From Desulfomonilia bacterium (lineage in GTDB: Bacteria; Desulfobacterota; Desulfomonilia; UBA1062): a stretch of 64,000 nt of DNA. This document shows positions 1-10,097 of the stretch, piece after piece (the first letter of the stretch is position 1; the number at the start of each line of letters is the position of its first letter). The notes beneath the pieces were generated by a model. That model saw only the letters and a program-made list of their open reading frames with translations. It was not told the DNA's origin and did no database searches. The stretch spans positions 800,001 to 864,000 of the forward strand of contig CAXXDQ010000007.1 of the NCBI GenBank assembly GCA_963664325.2. Direction: 5' to 3'. The translations under genes and the position numbers were made by a program.

Positions 1-1346
1 AGTATACAGAGCGCGGTATTAAGGATAAAGCACAGGCGTGCGGCATGGATAAAGCTTTTGTAATATGACGGCAATATTTCCACATGCCCTATTGCAACTG
101 AAAATATCACCATCACGACAGCCATGCTTATGGTCTGGCCAGTAAGCCTCATGGTGGCGAGCATGCCTGAAGCAATGCCATAGGCGCTTCTGTCAACAGA
201 ACCCATGACCGCATTTGTATTTGGAGAAGAGAATATCCCGAATCCGGTACCCAGTATCAAAAGCGATACAACGATATAAAACGTGCCTGATTCGGCAGTC
301 AGGAAAATAAGACATGCAAGCCCCAGGGCGGTTATGGCCATGCCTGCCGAGGATAGAACTCTGGCATTTACCTTATCCGACAGCCTTCCTGAAAGAGGTG
401 CTGCAACAGCCATCACGACAGGCGAAGAGACCAGGATCAGACCGGCCTCTTCTGGCGTCATTCCCTTTATGTACTGGAGGTAAAGGCTCAGGATGAATCC
501 CGATGCGAAGGTGGCGGCATAGTTTATCAGTGCAGCAAGGTTCGAAAACAGGAAAAGCCTGTTCGAGGTGAAAAGCTTCAGGTCAATAAGAGGGTTGAGA
601 GACTTCTTCTCCCACATTACAAAAGCCGCCAGCATGCAAAAACCAGCTGTGACCAGTAAATACCCCCTGCCGGGCAGGAGGGAAAAACCATATATCATTA
701 AAAACAATCCCAGAGCATATGCCATGGAACCGGTATAATCCATACGGCAATTCTGAACGCATTTACCTTCGGCGGATGCCGTTTTCAGCGTCAGTAAAAA
801 AGCGGCAGTCGAAAGCGGAATAACAGCAAGAAAAATCATCCTCCATGAATAGTGCTGCGTCAGCCAGCCACCGAAAAAAGGCCCTGCAGTCAGCCCTGTA
901 TAAACTGTGGCAATAGAGTAGCCTATCATTTTACCGCGCACTTCGGGCCCGTATGCGGCCGAGAGCATCGCTATACCCGTACTGAAGATAAAGGCGCTTC
1001 CTATCCCCTGCAGCACACGGGCAATAATAAGCATGGCAATCGAGTATGAAAGTCCTGCGGCAAGAGTCGAGACTGTAAATACCGCCATGCCCGAAGCGAA
1101 AACCCTGGCCCTGCCGTAAATGTCTGAAATCCTGCCCATAGGCAGTAGGAAAACAGCTGTTGAAAGCAGGTATGAAGTGGCCACCCAGTTGAGAGTAACG
1201 GCATCCAGACTGAACCTCTTTGCAATGGCGGGAAGCGCGATGTTAACTGATGAGGACATGAACGGCGTAATGAACGATGACAGGAGCACGACAAATAAAA
1301 CCATACCCCTTCCTGCCAAGGCCTCTTCAATCTGGTGTCTGTCCAT
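1..1346 (-). CDS. MFS transporter (EmrB/QacA-like, DHA2), 3' end runs off the window
   Basis: Read by hand on the minus strand from ATG at 1346: MDRHQIEEALAGRGMVLFVVLLSSFITPFMSSSVNIALPAIAKRF...MGRISDIYGRARVF, which includes MFS motif A. Absent from the ORF track because its stop lies outside the window. Confidence 0.85.
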   Translation of the reverse strand, partial: MDRHQIEEALAGRGMVLFVVLLSSFITPFMSSSVNIALPAIAKRFSLDAVTLNWVATSYLLSTAVFLLPMGRISDIYGRARVFASGMAVFTVSTLAAGLSYSIAMLIIARVLQGIGSAFIFSTGIAMLSAAYGPEVRGKMIGYSIATVYTGLTAGPFFGGWLTQHYSWRMIFLAVIPLSTAAFLLTLKTASAEGKCVQNCRMDYTGSMAYALGLFLMIYGFSLLPGRGYLLVTAGFCMLAAFVMWEKKSLNPLIDLKLFTSNRLFLFSNLAALINYAATFASGFILSLYLQYIKGMTPEEAGLILVSSPVVMAVAAPLSGRLSDKVNARVLSSAGMAITALGLACLIFLTAESGTFYIVVSLLILGTGFGIFSSPNTNAVMGSVDRSAYGIASGMLATMRLTGQTISMAVVMVIFSVAIGHVEILPSYYKSFIHAARLCFILNTALCI

Positions 1347-1517
1347 AATCATCTTATGTGTCCGGAATTGCCCATTATCAAGTAAACACGGTTTTTGCCA
1401 TAAAAACAAACAGCTCGATGTTGAATCAAATTGACATTTACCTTTCTAGGATGGATTATAATCATTATTTGAACTGGGTTCCCATAAAATCAAAAATCAT
1501 ATTGCGGGACGGTTACT

Positions 1518-2447
1518 ATGGTTGAAAAAACAAAATATATTTCAATAATGTCAGTTATTCTCCTCATCTTGACTGCGTCACCTTTGTGCATGGCGGGAGA
1601 GGTGATAACAGATGCGGCAAGGCAATGGGCCAAAGAAGCCGTCAACAAGGAAAAGTCCCTTTCATCCGAGACTGCAGGAAATACCGTGGCCGTACTCAAC
1701 TTCAAGAACTCCTCCGATGACGCAATACTGAATCCTTTGCAGAAGGGTTTTGCCTTCATGCTGATGACGGACCTGGCGTCTGTGCCCGACATACAACTGG
1801 TTGAAAGGGTGAAGCTTCAGGCCCTGGTCGAAGAGCTCGACATGGGAGCGTCAGGCATCGTCGAAAGCGATTCCGCCCCAAGGATGGGCAGGCTGTTGAG
1901 GGCTAATTACCTCATAGGCGGTGAACTGAAGCCGTCAGGCGCCGGGGGTATAGACGTGGGTTCATTCCTCCTGGGCGTGTCAAAGAACAGCATATTGGGC
2001 CAGCCGAATGCGAACGGCAGCTTGGATGAGATATTCGACCTGGAGAAAAAAATTCTTTTTGCCATGATCGACCAGCTGAAAATCAGTCTTACCGAAGATC
2101 AGAAGACTGCTTTGAAAAAGCCCCTTACAACGAATTTCAAAGCCTTATACTACTTTTCAAAAGGCATTGACAGCAGCGACCGGGGAAATTACCAGCTGGC
2201 CCAGATCTATTATAACCAGGCTGTTGCTGCAGATCCTCAATTAAAAGCGGCATCTTCGGCAAGGAATGAACTTATCAGGATGAAGCTTGCGCCGGCAAAG
2301 CCCCGAGAAGCAGCCGTCGTAGGACAGATGGAAGCCCAGAACTCAGGCTCGGCGAGCCTGAAACAGAACAACTCCACATTCAGGGAGCTGAATCCGTACC
2401 AGATTGAAAAAGGTCACGGCTCAGGACAGGTGAAGGTGTCATGGTAG
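1518..2447 (+). CDS. Secreted CsgG/FlgO-like domain protein with C-terminal TPR
   Basis: N-terminal signal peptide; VAVLNF...VERVKLQALVEELDMGASG...MGRLLRANYLIGG is a CsgG/TolB-N-like pattern; TPR-like ALYYFSKG...AQIYYNQAVAADP. Confidence 0.75.
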   Translation: MVEKTKYISIMSVILLILTASPLCMAGEVITDAARQWAKEAVNKEKSLSSETAGNTVAVLNFKNSSDDAILNPLQKGFAFMLMTDLASVPDIQLVERVKLQALVEELDMGASGIVESDSAPRMGRLLRANYLIGGELKPSGAGGIDVGSFLLGVSKNSILGQPNANGSLDEIFDLEKKILFAMIDQLKISLTEDQKTALKKPLTTNFKALYYFSKGIDSSDRGNYQLAQIYYNQAVAADPQLKAASSARNELIRMKLAPAKPREAAVVGQMEAQNSGSASLKQNNSTFRELNPYQIEKGHGSGQVKVSW

Positions 2448-2470
2448 GCAATCTGAAAGGAGGTTATTTT

Positions 2471-3841
2471 ATGGCGCACTATTGCAGAATTGCCATGCTG
2501 ATGCTTATCGTTCCGATATTCTTCTTCTGCTCATGCAGCAGCTCTTCCAAAGGCGATACCCGAAATGACGCCACAGGCTCAGTCAGTTTTTCAATTGATG
2601 TCGAAGAGAGCAGCCCGGCGGCCGGATCAATAAATATGGCTGCCGTTGATTGCAGCAGGATGAGAATCGATACGGTTGTAGCGGAACTGAGAGACAACCG
2701 GAACAACCTTATAGCGACTGGCGGGCCTTGGGCTTGCAGTACAAGACAGGGAACCTTGAGCGCCATTCCTGCCGGCGAGGGATATACTCTGATAATCATG
2801 ATGAATGATTCAGACAATGACGTCCGTTATCAGGGATTCGTGTACGGCATTATAGTTCCCGCAGCCGGGACTGCCGACGCAGGCACAGTTACAGTGATTC
2901 CGAAGAACAACCCTCCCTTGATAACAGAGATCAGAGGGAATAACCGTGTTACAGGCGGATCGGGGACAATGCAGCTTGAAGTCATAGCAAACGACCCTGA
3001 CGGCAACAACCTGACATATTACATGACCGACCTCCCCAAAAGCCAGGAGACCGGTTACTTTTCCGGCGCCTCATTCGATCCTGATACGCATGTATTCACA
3101 TGGAACACCTCGGATTATTATTATGAAACCGGAGAATATTTCGTCTGGTTCATCGTAACGGATGACGGTGTGCCCAGAAGAAGCGCATGGAAAAGGTGCA
3201 AGATATTTGTCGACCCTGTCGGCTCGGCAACCCCTGACACGCAGCTTGTCTTAAATACCGACAGCGATACAAACGAGGCGGCCGGAAGAAAGTACGCCAC
3301 TGCTGGTGAACAGTTCAGCATGCAGCTGAAAGACACTTCCTCAACTTTGCATTCAGGGCTCAAGTTCTCTATGGAGCCTCTGATAGGTGTTCTGAATGAA
3401 ACATCGGGACTCTTTACATGGACGCCAGGCACAAGCGATATCGGGAACCAGCTGCTGATTTTCTATATTGAAGGCGGAGTTGCATCCGCATACAGAAGTG
3501 ACTGGAAAAAAATCCTTGTGACTGTCGGAACGGGCAATGTCTGCCCCCTTGCAGAACCTATCGGAATCAGAAGGGTGATGGAGATAAATCAGTCATATGA
3601 ATTCTATGTCACCGCTGAAGACCCGGACAGCGAAAACCTGACATTTTACGCTGCCGGCGGATACGACAAATATTACAACCCCTTCGAATATGGCGCGCAA
3701 TTTGATGCGGATACGCATAAATTCTCCTGGACACCGCCTGCTTCGGCACTAGAGTACGGCACCTTCGGTGTCTTGTTTACTGTTACGGACAGCTCAGGGG
3801 CGAGTGACTTCTGGCCGACCTATATCGATGTGATAGAGTGA
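2471..3841 (+). CDS. Lipoprotein with tandem Ig-like/cadherin-like (He_PIG-type) repeats
   Basis: GGAGG RBS before ATG 2471; lipobox-like FFCSC followed by a Ser run; repeated NxPP...AxDPD.xLT.Y...GAxFDxDTHxFxWxP modules. Confidence 0.7.
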   Translation: MAHYCRIAMLMLIVPIFFFCSCSSSSKGDTRNDATGSVSFSIDVEESSPAAGSINMAAVDCSRMRIDTVVAELRDNRNNLIATGGPWACSTRQGTLSAIPAGEGYTLIIMMNDSDNDVRYQGFVYGIIVPAAGTADAGTVTVIPKNNPPLITEIRGNNRVTGGSGTMQLEVIANDPDGNNLTYYMTDLPKSQETGYFSGASFDPDTHVFTWNTSDYYYETGEYFVWFIVTDDGVPRRSAWKRCKIFVDPVGSATPDTQLVLNTDSDTNEAAGRKYATAGEQFSMQLKDTSSTLHSGLKFSMEPLIGVLNETSGLFTWTPGTSDIGNQLLIFYIEGGVASAYRSDWKKILVTVGTGNVCPLAEPIGIRRVMEINQSYEFYVTAEDPDSENLTFYAAGGYDKYYNPFEYGAQFDADTHKFSWTPPASALEYGTFGVLFTVTDSSGASDFWPTYIDVIE

Positions 3842-3842
3842 G

Positions 3843-4979
3843 ATGAGAATGAAGATAAAAATTATAATCTTAACGTTGATTCTGACTGGTCTTGCTTCGG
3901 CAGTGCTCCCTCTATATGCTTCTGAAACCGGCTTCAATAGCGGCCTGATGTTCAATACATGGAAAGACGACGATTCGGACAAAGGCTTCCAGACCGCAAT
4001 GCCCATTGAACTGTCCACCGACTTTCATGGTGTCAACCTTGATCTCCTGAATGCCTTCGTCTATACATGGGTGAATCAGAAAGATACGCCGAACGCCAAC
4101 CTCGGCAATTTCCTTGATACCAAAATTAATGCCTCCTACCAGCTTCAGGACGTTATTCCGGTCAATATTCTTTTCGGGCTCGGACTCAATCTTCCTACGG
4201 GAACAACCGACCTGTCTCAAAGACAGCTGATACTTGTTGCGGACCCGGACCTTATGCCGTTCACGACATTCGGGGAAGGCTTTAATGTCAATCCGTATAT
4301 CACCCTGTCAAAACAATGGGAAAAGCTCGTTGTCGGTATAGGCGCAGGTTATTCATACCGGGGGAAATATGACTATTCAGTCTCAACCCAGGATTTCAAG
4401 CCCGGTAACCTTTTAACCGCTTCAGCCGAGGCCTCCTACGATTTCACAGACAGCATCCATGCAGGCCTTTTCGGCGAATATGCAAACTACGGCACCGATA
4501 CCGTGGACGGTGACGACTATTACAAGGAAGGCGACCTGTTTGTAATAGGACTTGGAGCAGGGTATTCCCGGCCCTCATGGAAGCTGGACATCAATCTTGC
4601 AGGGCTCAAAAGGAATAAAAGCGAGTTTCTGACCAGCACACAGATACTTGAGCCTGAGGCGAAGAACAGCCACGGTATCGAGTATGATGCTGGTGTTGCA
4701 TACAAATACTTTCTGAACGAACTGACAGCATTCGGTGCTGATATCGATCTTGCCTATCTCGGCAAGAACGGCTACCCGAGCGATTCCCCTTACTATATCG
4801 GCAACCGCACCAAGGTTGCAATCGGCGGCGGAGTCGACAGGAAGTTCATGGATAACCTGAAGGGCAATGCGTCATTGAGCCTCTTCACGATCAAGGAAGA
4901 ACAGGACTGGGAGCATCCTGACGGTTCCAGGACATATTACGGCGGAACTTTAACCGCATCGATCAGCTACACGTTCTGA
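3843..4979 (+). CDS. Outer-membrane beta-barrel protein (MetA-pathway/SphA transporter-like)
   Basis: Signal peptide; alternating amphipathic strands rich in G/Y/F; GLGLNLPTG motif; ends in ISYTF with the terminal Phe beta-signal. Confidence 0.7.
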   Translation: MRMKIKIIILTLILTGLASAVLPLYASETGFNSGLMFNTWKDDDSDKGFQTAMPIELSTDFHGVNLDLLNAFVYTWVNQKDTPNANLGNFLDTKINASYQLQDVIPVNILFGLGLNLPTGTTDLSQRQLILVADPDLMPFTTFGEGFNVNPYITLSKQWEKLVVGIGAGYSYRGKYDYSVSTQDFKPGNLLTASAEASYDFTDSIHAGLFGEYANYGTDTVDGDDYYKEGDLFVIGLGAGYSRPSWKLDINLAGLKRNKSEFLTSTQILEPEAKNSHGIEYDAGVAYKYFLNELTAFGADIDLAYLGKNGYPSDSPYYIGNRTKVAIGGGVDRKFMDNLKGNASLSLFTIKEEQDWEHPDGSRTYYGGTLTASISYTF

Positions 4980-4988
4980 GAAAGGTAT

Positions 4989-5016
4989 AAGGCGGGAGAA
5001 CCTGATTGCCCGCCTT
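4989..5016. terminator. Hairpin between convergent operons (possible bidirectional terminator)
   Basis: AAGGCGGG (4989-4996) pairs with CCCGCCTT (5009-5016), just after the beta-barrel stop and facing the convergent operon. Confidence 0.45.
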
Positions 5017-5068
5017 CCTGAGATGTTTTCTACAATGAACGAATTCCATTATGGGCGGCTTTAATTCT

Positions 5069-5581
5069 TTACATCAGCCCATCGGCGGCTTCAGCTGCCG
5101 CTTTTACCCATGAATTTACATCCCCGGCCTTGACTGTCTTTTTGGCGGTTTTCAATACCCTGCCCGTCTCGACATCAACAAGCCTTAAATCAAGCCTCAT
5201 GCTGCCTCCTGATACAAGGTAACCGCCGAACACCATCCGCCTCGCGCCAAGCATTCTGCCGACCTTGAGCCGTACGGACTCATCCGTCAATTCCGAACTG
5301 CCCAGTTTTAATTCCTGAAGCACGCTGAGCAGTTTCTGCCTTTCAATGACCTGAACTCCCGGTTTTGTTGAAAGCCTGCTTACTATCTCAGATGAAAGAA
5401 GCCCTCCAAGATCGTCTCCGGACGAATCATCGGGGCTTAAGTTTTCGATGTCGAGAACAGCTATTGTTAACGGAACAGCCTGTTTTGCTGTCGTTGCGCA
5501 ACCGGGAAGGCCTGTTGTCAGCAGGCATGCAACCGACAACAGGCATACAGCCCATAAATTATTTATTTTTCCTGTCCGCAT
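5069..5581 (-). CDS. CsgG/HfaB-like lipoprotein
   Basis: Probable start ATG 5581 (MRTGKINNLW...GLPGC lipobox); IAVLDIEN...VIERQKLLSVLQELKLGSS...VGRMLGARRMVFG...LRLVDVETG. ORF track start is 5614. Confidence 0.75.
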   Translation of the reverse strand: MRTGKINNLWAVCLLSVACLLTTGLPGCATTAKQAVPLTIAVLDIENLSPDDSSGDDLGGLLSSEIVSRLSTKPGVQVIERQKLLSVLQELKLGSSELTDESVRLKVGRMLGARRMVFGGYLVSGGSMRLDLRLVDVETGRVLKTAKKTVKAGDVNSWVKAAAEAADGLM

Positions 5582-7508
5582 CGATCGTCTCAATAATCTT
5601 GTCATCCGTGACAACCGGCCGTTCCTGCCTTGTTATCCTTGCATTTGAGAAATCGAGTTCCGTGCCGGTAACCTCTATTTGACCCACTATTTTAGGGGAG
5701 GCCTTAAGGATTTTACCCTTGTATTCAGTAGTGGGCTGCTCCTCAATGATATTGAATTTGGTGCCCGTAACCACACCCTGGTTTGAGCCTACGTTTATCG
5801 TCAGGTCGCCGTCCTTATTGGCGACAACAAAACCTTTTACAGGATATTCCTTGATTACGGCGGCCAGGAGTTCCCGGTTAAGGCTGTTTAAATTGTCCTT
5901 GAACCTCTCATCGGTGTCTATATCCTGATTAATGACCTTTGCAATTCCTGTGGTTTCGGTATCGACAAGCCTCATTCTGAGCAGCGATACATCGGGCAGG
6001 TTGAACACTATCCCGGTGCCGATAACACGTGCCGCCAGTATCTTGCCGAGCTTCAGCTGCGTTTCCTGATCAGCCAGCCCCGATGAACCAATTTTGAGCT
6101 CTTCAAGCAGCCTGTCCATGATAATGCGGTCCACGACCTTTACCCGGCCCGAACTGTTCAGCTTATCAGCCAGATCGGTTGCCAGTACCGTCGAGATGCC
6201 GTCTCTCTCTCCGAGCACACCCTTTTCCTCAAAATCCACGAAGGCCAGAGTTGTAATCGGTGTTGTCCATTCATCCTTAAGCGTTTTCTTGTCCGCCTTT
6301 TTCTGCTCCTTGAACTGCTTTACAAGGTCATCTACATACTTGTTTATACGCTCCCTGCGTTCCACATCCTTCTGGAGTTTGACCATTTCGGTTGCACTGG
6401 CCGCCAGAATCTTTGTATAGGCATCCCCTTTTATCGCCGCCTCCCCTTCTTTGTAGGATTCAATCGCTTTGTCCAGATCACCCTCTTTTTCATAGGTGAC
6501 ACCCTTGTTTGCCATGGCCTCGACATAATAGGGATCAAGTTCTACGGCCTTGTTATACAGTTCACGGGAACCCTTGTAATCTTTGGCCCCGGCATAGAGA
6601 CGTCCCAGCTTGTTATAGGCAAGAGCCTTCTGGAACGACTCCCCTTCCTTCTTCTGCGCTGCCTTTGCATATTCGGCCTGAGCCTCTGTCTTCTTGTTTT
6701 TTGCATAAAGGATATCAGCCTTGACCACGCTCGCATAAGATCTTTCCGGGGCAATTTTTTCAACTTCTTCAGCCAGTTTATAGGCCCCGCCGGAATTTCC
6801 CTTTCTAATATAAACAGCAGCCAGACCCTCTTTCCCATAAACAGCAGAGATGCCGTTTCTCTTTGAAAGACCTGTAAAAATCTTTTCCGCATCGTCGATT
6901 CTGCCCGCTTTCAGCGCTGCATAGCCTTTTGTCATGAGGGCTTTTGCGTCATCCGGTGTCTTTTTTATGGCCGCATCACTCAAGGCCACGGCCAGAAACG
7001 TCTGCCTCTGCTGAAGTTTTCTTTCCGCCAGCCTGTCCAGAATAGCGCTTGCTGTCTTGCCGCCTCCCTGAATGCTGTCAATGACCTTCTGGCCGGGACC
7101 GATCACACATACTGTCGGAAGTATGTTTTTTGCATCATAGGCCTCGCTGACCTTCGCATTATCGATAAGAACGGGAAACGAGAGCCTGCTGCTTTTCGCA
7201 AAGGCGGCCGCCTTGTCCTTATGCGATGCGGTTACGGCCAGGACATTAAGGTCAGCGTCCTTGTATTTTTTTGCAATCTCGTCAAGGCTAATGAGTCCCT
7301 CTACAGATGACTGGGATGAAGGATTGAAGAAATAGACAATGGTCATTGAACTTGCCTTCATGGCTGCCAGGTCATATTTTTTGCCTTGGACATCGGAAAG
7401 CGTGAATCCCGGGGCAATACTGCCTTCGATCTGCTTAGCCAGGATAGTGCCTGTTAACATGAACGCCAGGATCAGAACCAACCAAGTTATTCTTGTAATC
7501 GTTTTCAT
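5559..7508 (-). CDS. Secreted fusion: redoxin/AhpC-TSA-like fold (no CxxC) + TPR array + CsgG-like domain + FlgT-C-like domain
   Basis: GGAGGG RBS before ATG 7508; signal peptide; APGFTLSDVQGK redoxin start; TPRs such as AYNKLGRLY and AMANKGVTY; CsgG-like VVDRIIMDRLLEELKIGSSG...MRLVDTET; C-terminal LTINVGSNQGVVTG. Confidence 0.75.
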   Translation of the reverse strand: MKTITRITWLVLILAFMLTGTILAKQIEGSIAPGFTLSDVQGKKYDLAAMKASSMTIVYFFNPSSQSSVEGLISLDEIAKKYKDADLNVLAVTASHKDKAAAFAKSSRLSFPVLIDNAKVSEAYDAKNILPTVCVIGPGQKVIDSIQGGGKTASAILDRLAERKLQQRQTFLAVALSDAAIKKTPDDAKALMTKGYAALKAGRIDDAEKIFTGLSKRNGISAVYGKEGLAAVYIRKGNSGGAYKLAEEVEKIAPERSYASVVKADILYAKNKKTEAQAEYAKAAQKKEGESFQKALAYNKLGRLYAGAKDYKGSRELYNKAVELDPYYVEAMANKGVTYEKEGDLDKAIESYKEGEAAIKGDAYTKILAASATEMVKLQKDVERRERINKYVDDLVKQFKEQKKADKKTLKDEWTTPITTLAFVDFEEKGVLGERDGISTVLATDLADKLNSSGRVKVVDRIIMDRLLEELKIGSSGLADQETQLKLGKILAARVIGTGIVFNLPDVSLLRMRLVDTETTGIAKVINQDIDTDERFKDNLNSLNRELLAAVIKEYPVKGFVVANKDGDLTINVGSNQGVVTGTKFNIIEEQPTTEYKGKILKASPKIVGQIEVTGTELDFSNARITRQERPVVTDDKIIETIDADRKNK

Positions 7509-7552
7509 CTTTCTCCCTCCTGTAAGGGTGGATTGTGACATCAATTTCTTGC

Positions 7553-8761
7553 TTACTTTAAATTAGGTTTATTCACCTCGGGTTCCAGTGTTATTTTAAG
7601 GGGCTGTTCACCCTTTTTGTCAAGGTTTACCTGCGCCTCCCACTCCAGATAACCCGGCATGCTTATCTTCACCTCATGCTCACCGAGGCTCAGCGGTATC
7701 TTAAGCGGAGATGCCCCTTTTGATTTGCCGTCGATAAACACCTGTGCGCCGACCGGTTCGCTGTCCAGATTTAAAACAGCTTCAGCCGAAGGATTCTGCT
7801 TAACGGGCCCAAGGGCAGGCCTGTCTTTTTTGCCCGACATGACTAAAATTGCCGCTGCCGCCACCAGTACAGCCATGGCGATAATTACTGCCGCCGCGAT
7901 TCGTCTGCCGGGTTTTCCCTTACGGGGAATCATCCCGGCCTCAAGGAGCTGATTTCCCCTTGTTGCTGCAAGCGCTTCAGCCATATCCCTGCCTGTCTGG
8001 TATCTCAGTGCAGGGTCCTTGGAGAGGCTCTTCATGATGACATCTGAAAGGGCCCTGGGCATATCCGGTTTCAAATCCGCCAGGTCGACGGGGACGGCTG
8101 TTGTAATTGAATTGAAGATCGACCCCAGGTTCTCACCCTTGAAGGGTTTAACCCCCGATACAAGCTCATACAGGATAACCCCAAGGGAAAAGAGGTCTGA
8201 CCTGCCGTCCACTTTTTTGCCCAGGACCTGTTCTGGCGACATGTAGTTCGGTGTCCCGAGTATCTCGCCCGCCTGTGTCTGCTGTGTCGCTTCGGTATCG
8301 TCTATATGCGCAATCCCGAAATCGGTTATCTTCACGTGGCCATCTTCCGTAATCATTATATTGGGCGGTTTGATGTCCCTGTGGACTATCCCCTTCCCGT
8401 GCGCATAATCAAGGCTTGAGGCAATTTCAATACCCAGCTCCGTTATTTCATCATATGAAGGTGTCTTGTCCCTTGCATGAACATTGAGCGGCGAACCCTT
8501 CAGCAATTCCATCGCTATGAAAACAGTATTCTGGTCCTCACCAACGTCATAGACAGTAACTATATTGTTGTGGGCGAGCCTGCCTATGGCCCGTGCCTCC
8601 TTGAGAAACCGCTGGACGAAATCCGCGCTTTCGACCCTGTCGGGACGCAATATCTTGAGGGCAACTTCCCTGTTTATGTTCGGATCATGGGCGAGATAGA
8701 CCATGCCCATCGAGCCCCTGCCGAGTTCCCTGATGATTTCGTAACGTCCGTATTTCATCAC
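7553..8761 (-). CDS. Hanks-type Ser/Thr protein kinase with one TM helix and an extracytoplasmic PEGA domain
   Basis: GRGSMGMV glycine loop, VALK, HRDIKPPN, DFG and GTPNYMSPE; hydrophobic IAAAVIIAMAVLVAAAAILV; PEGA-like LDSEPVGAQVFIDGK...GEHEVKISMPGY. Confidence 0.93.
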   Translation of the reverse strand: MMKYGRYEIIRELGRGSMGMVYLAHDPNINREVALKILRPDRVESADFVQRFLKEARAIGRLAHNNIVTVYDVGEDQNTVFIAMELLKGSPLNVHARDKTPSYDEITELGIEIASSLDYAHGKGIVHRDIKPPNIMITEDGHVKITDFGIAHIDDTEATQQTQAGEILGTPNYMSPEQVLGKKVDGRSDLFSLGVILYELVSGVKPFKGENLGSIFNSITTAVPVDLADLKPDMPRALSDVIMKSLSKDPALRYQTGRDMAEALAATRGNQLLEAGMIPRKGKPGRRIAAAVIIAMAVLVAAAAILVMSGKKDRPALGPVKQNPSAEAVLNLDSEPVGAQVFIDGKSKGASPLKIPLSLGEHEVKISMPGYLEWEAQVNLDKKGEQPLKITLEPEVNKPNLK

Positions 8762-9732
8762 TCCTGCCTTTCCTTGATAAAAAGCAAAACCGTATCAAGG
8801 GGTGTGATATAGGAATAATCAAGCCTTCCCCTGAGTCTACCCTTGATGATCCCTGCAAAGACACCGTTTTCCGTGAAAACCGGACCGCCGCTGTCCCCGG
8901 GCCTGACTTCCATCTGCGCCTGCCAATAAACCTGTCCGTCCACTTTCCTGGAGTTGCCGCTTATTACACCGCTGATTATCTGGCGGCTGTTTTTTTCCGC
9001 ACATCCGAAAGCGATCACCTTCTGAGAATCATAAAGATTCGATGCGCCCTTCAGGATATTGACTTCCGTCTTGAAGCCGTATCTGCAGTCAATGAATGCA
9101 AGGTCTTTTTTCCTGTCAATTTTTATCAGCCTGCCGCTCAGGACCTGCCCGTTTTTTGTAAATACACGTATTGCAGCCCGGTTGCTGAGATAATGGGCGG
9201 TGCACAATATCAGCCCCTTTTTGTCTGCTACAAAGCCTGTGAGATTGACTGTCTCTCCCTGCAGGACAGCTTCTATGCATACGACGCTTTCCGAGTTGCC
9301 CGGGTTTGCCGCCCCGATATCAGTCCCGGCCGGATCATCATATTCCCTAGAAATCTTTTTCACCTTGAGTTTGTCGACATAGCCTGCAAGATAATCCGTC
9401 AGTTCAGATGTATCGTTATTGCCTTGCTTGAGCGGCACGACGGCTACAAAGGAAGCCATCGGCGAATCTGTGGTTATTCTTACCTGAATATCCCCATTCT
9501 TTCCGGACGCCTTTATGAGCGAGATATCACGGCTTTCCTCTATTGTGATTTCATAACCCTTTTGTCTCATCCAGGCTTCAATAATGTCTGACGTCTCAGA
9601 CCTCGGCAGGGCGATATGATAGGGTTTTGCATTATCCAGGGCAGAAATAACCGTCGGGAACACAGGTAAAGATAAAAATATCAGAATTGCAACTATAAGA
9701 TCTTTTTTCAGGCCTGAAGCCGGATCACTCAT
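8758..9732 (-). CDS. Exported trypsin-like (S1) serine protease with N-terminal extension
   Basis: Catalytic triad motifs CTAH, DLA and GDSGGP; hydrophobic N-terminus; start at 9732 gives an ATGA overlap with the upstream gene. Confidence 0.85.
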   Translation of the reverse strand: MSDPASGLKKDLIVAILIFLSLPVFPTVISALDNAKPYHIALPRSETSDIIEAWMRQKGYEITIEESRDISLIKASGKNGDIQVRITTDSPMASFVAVVPLKQGNNDTSELTDYLAGYVDKLKVKKISREYDDPAGTDIGAANPGNSESVVCIEAVLQGETVNLTGFVADKKGLILCTAHYLSNRAAIRVFTKNGQVLSGRLIKIDRKKDLAFIDCRYGFKTEVNILKGASNLYDSQKVIAFGCAEKNSRQIISGVISGNSRKVDGQVYWQAQMEVRPGDSGGPVFTENGVFAGIIKGRLRGRLDYSYITPLDTVLLFIKERQE

Positions 9733-10097
9733 GACCTCAACCTTGCACCGCATTTGGGGCAATCTTTTATGAAATCTTTTCCGCCTCTCTGTGAATTTGA
9801 CGCACCATCCTTCAGTTGCTCGCCGCAGGCAGGGCATCTCCAGAACTTTTCCCTGGCAACGCGCTCGAACACACCCAGAAGGATTAAAAGTATTACGCCT
9901 CCTGAAAGGATTATACCCTTTACATTCAGGGCGCCGGTCCCGCTGCCATAGTATTTGTAAACAAATATGGATATGAGGACATATGCCGCGACAAGCACCA
10001 GCATTCCCAGATGCGAAACGTTAAGCAGTATCTTTTGAGAAGCAAACTTTTCAATCACCTGTTCTTCCTGCGGGGTTTTCTTGGGGTTTTCGTTCAT
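9729..10097 (-). CDS. Small two-TM membrane protein with C-terminal zinc ribbon
   Basis: Two hydrophobic segments, then CPACG...CPKCG; overlaps both neighbours by 4 bp. Confidence 0.7.
   Translation of the reverse strand: MNENPKKTPQEEQVIEKFASQKILLNVSHLGMLVLVAAYVLISIFVYKYYGSGTGALNVKGIILSGGVILLILLGVFERVAREKFWRCPACGEQLKDGASNSQRGGKDFIKDCPKCGARLRS

Noticed and set aside
1384-1399. CACGGTTTTTGC resembling a sigma54 -24/-12 promoter upstream of the CsgG-like operon
   Set aside because: The invariant GG at -24 is absent (AAACACG instead of TGGCACG).
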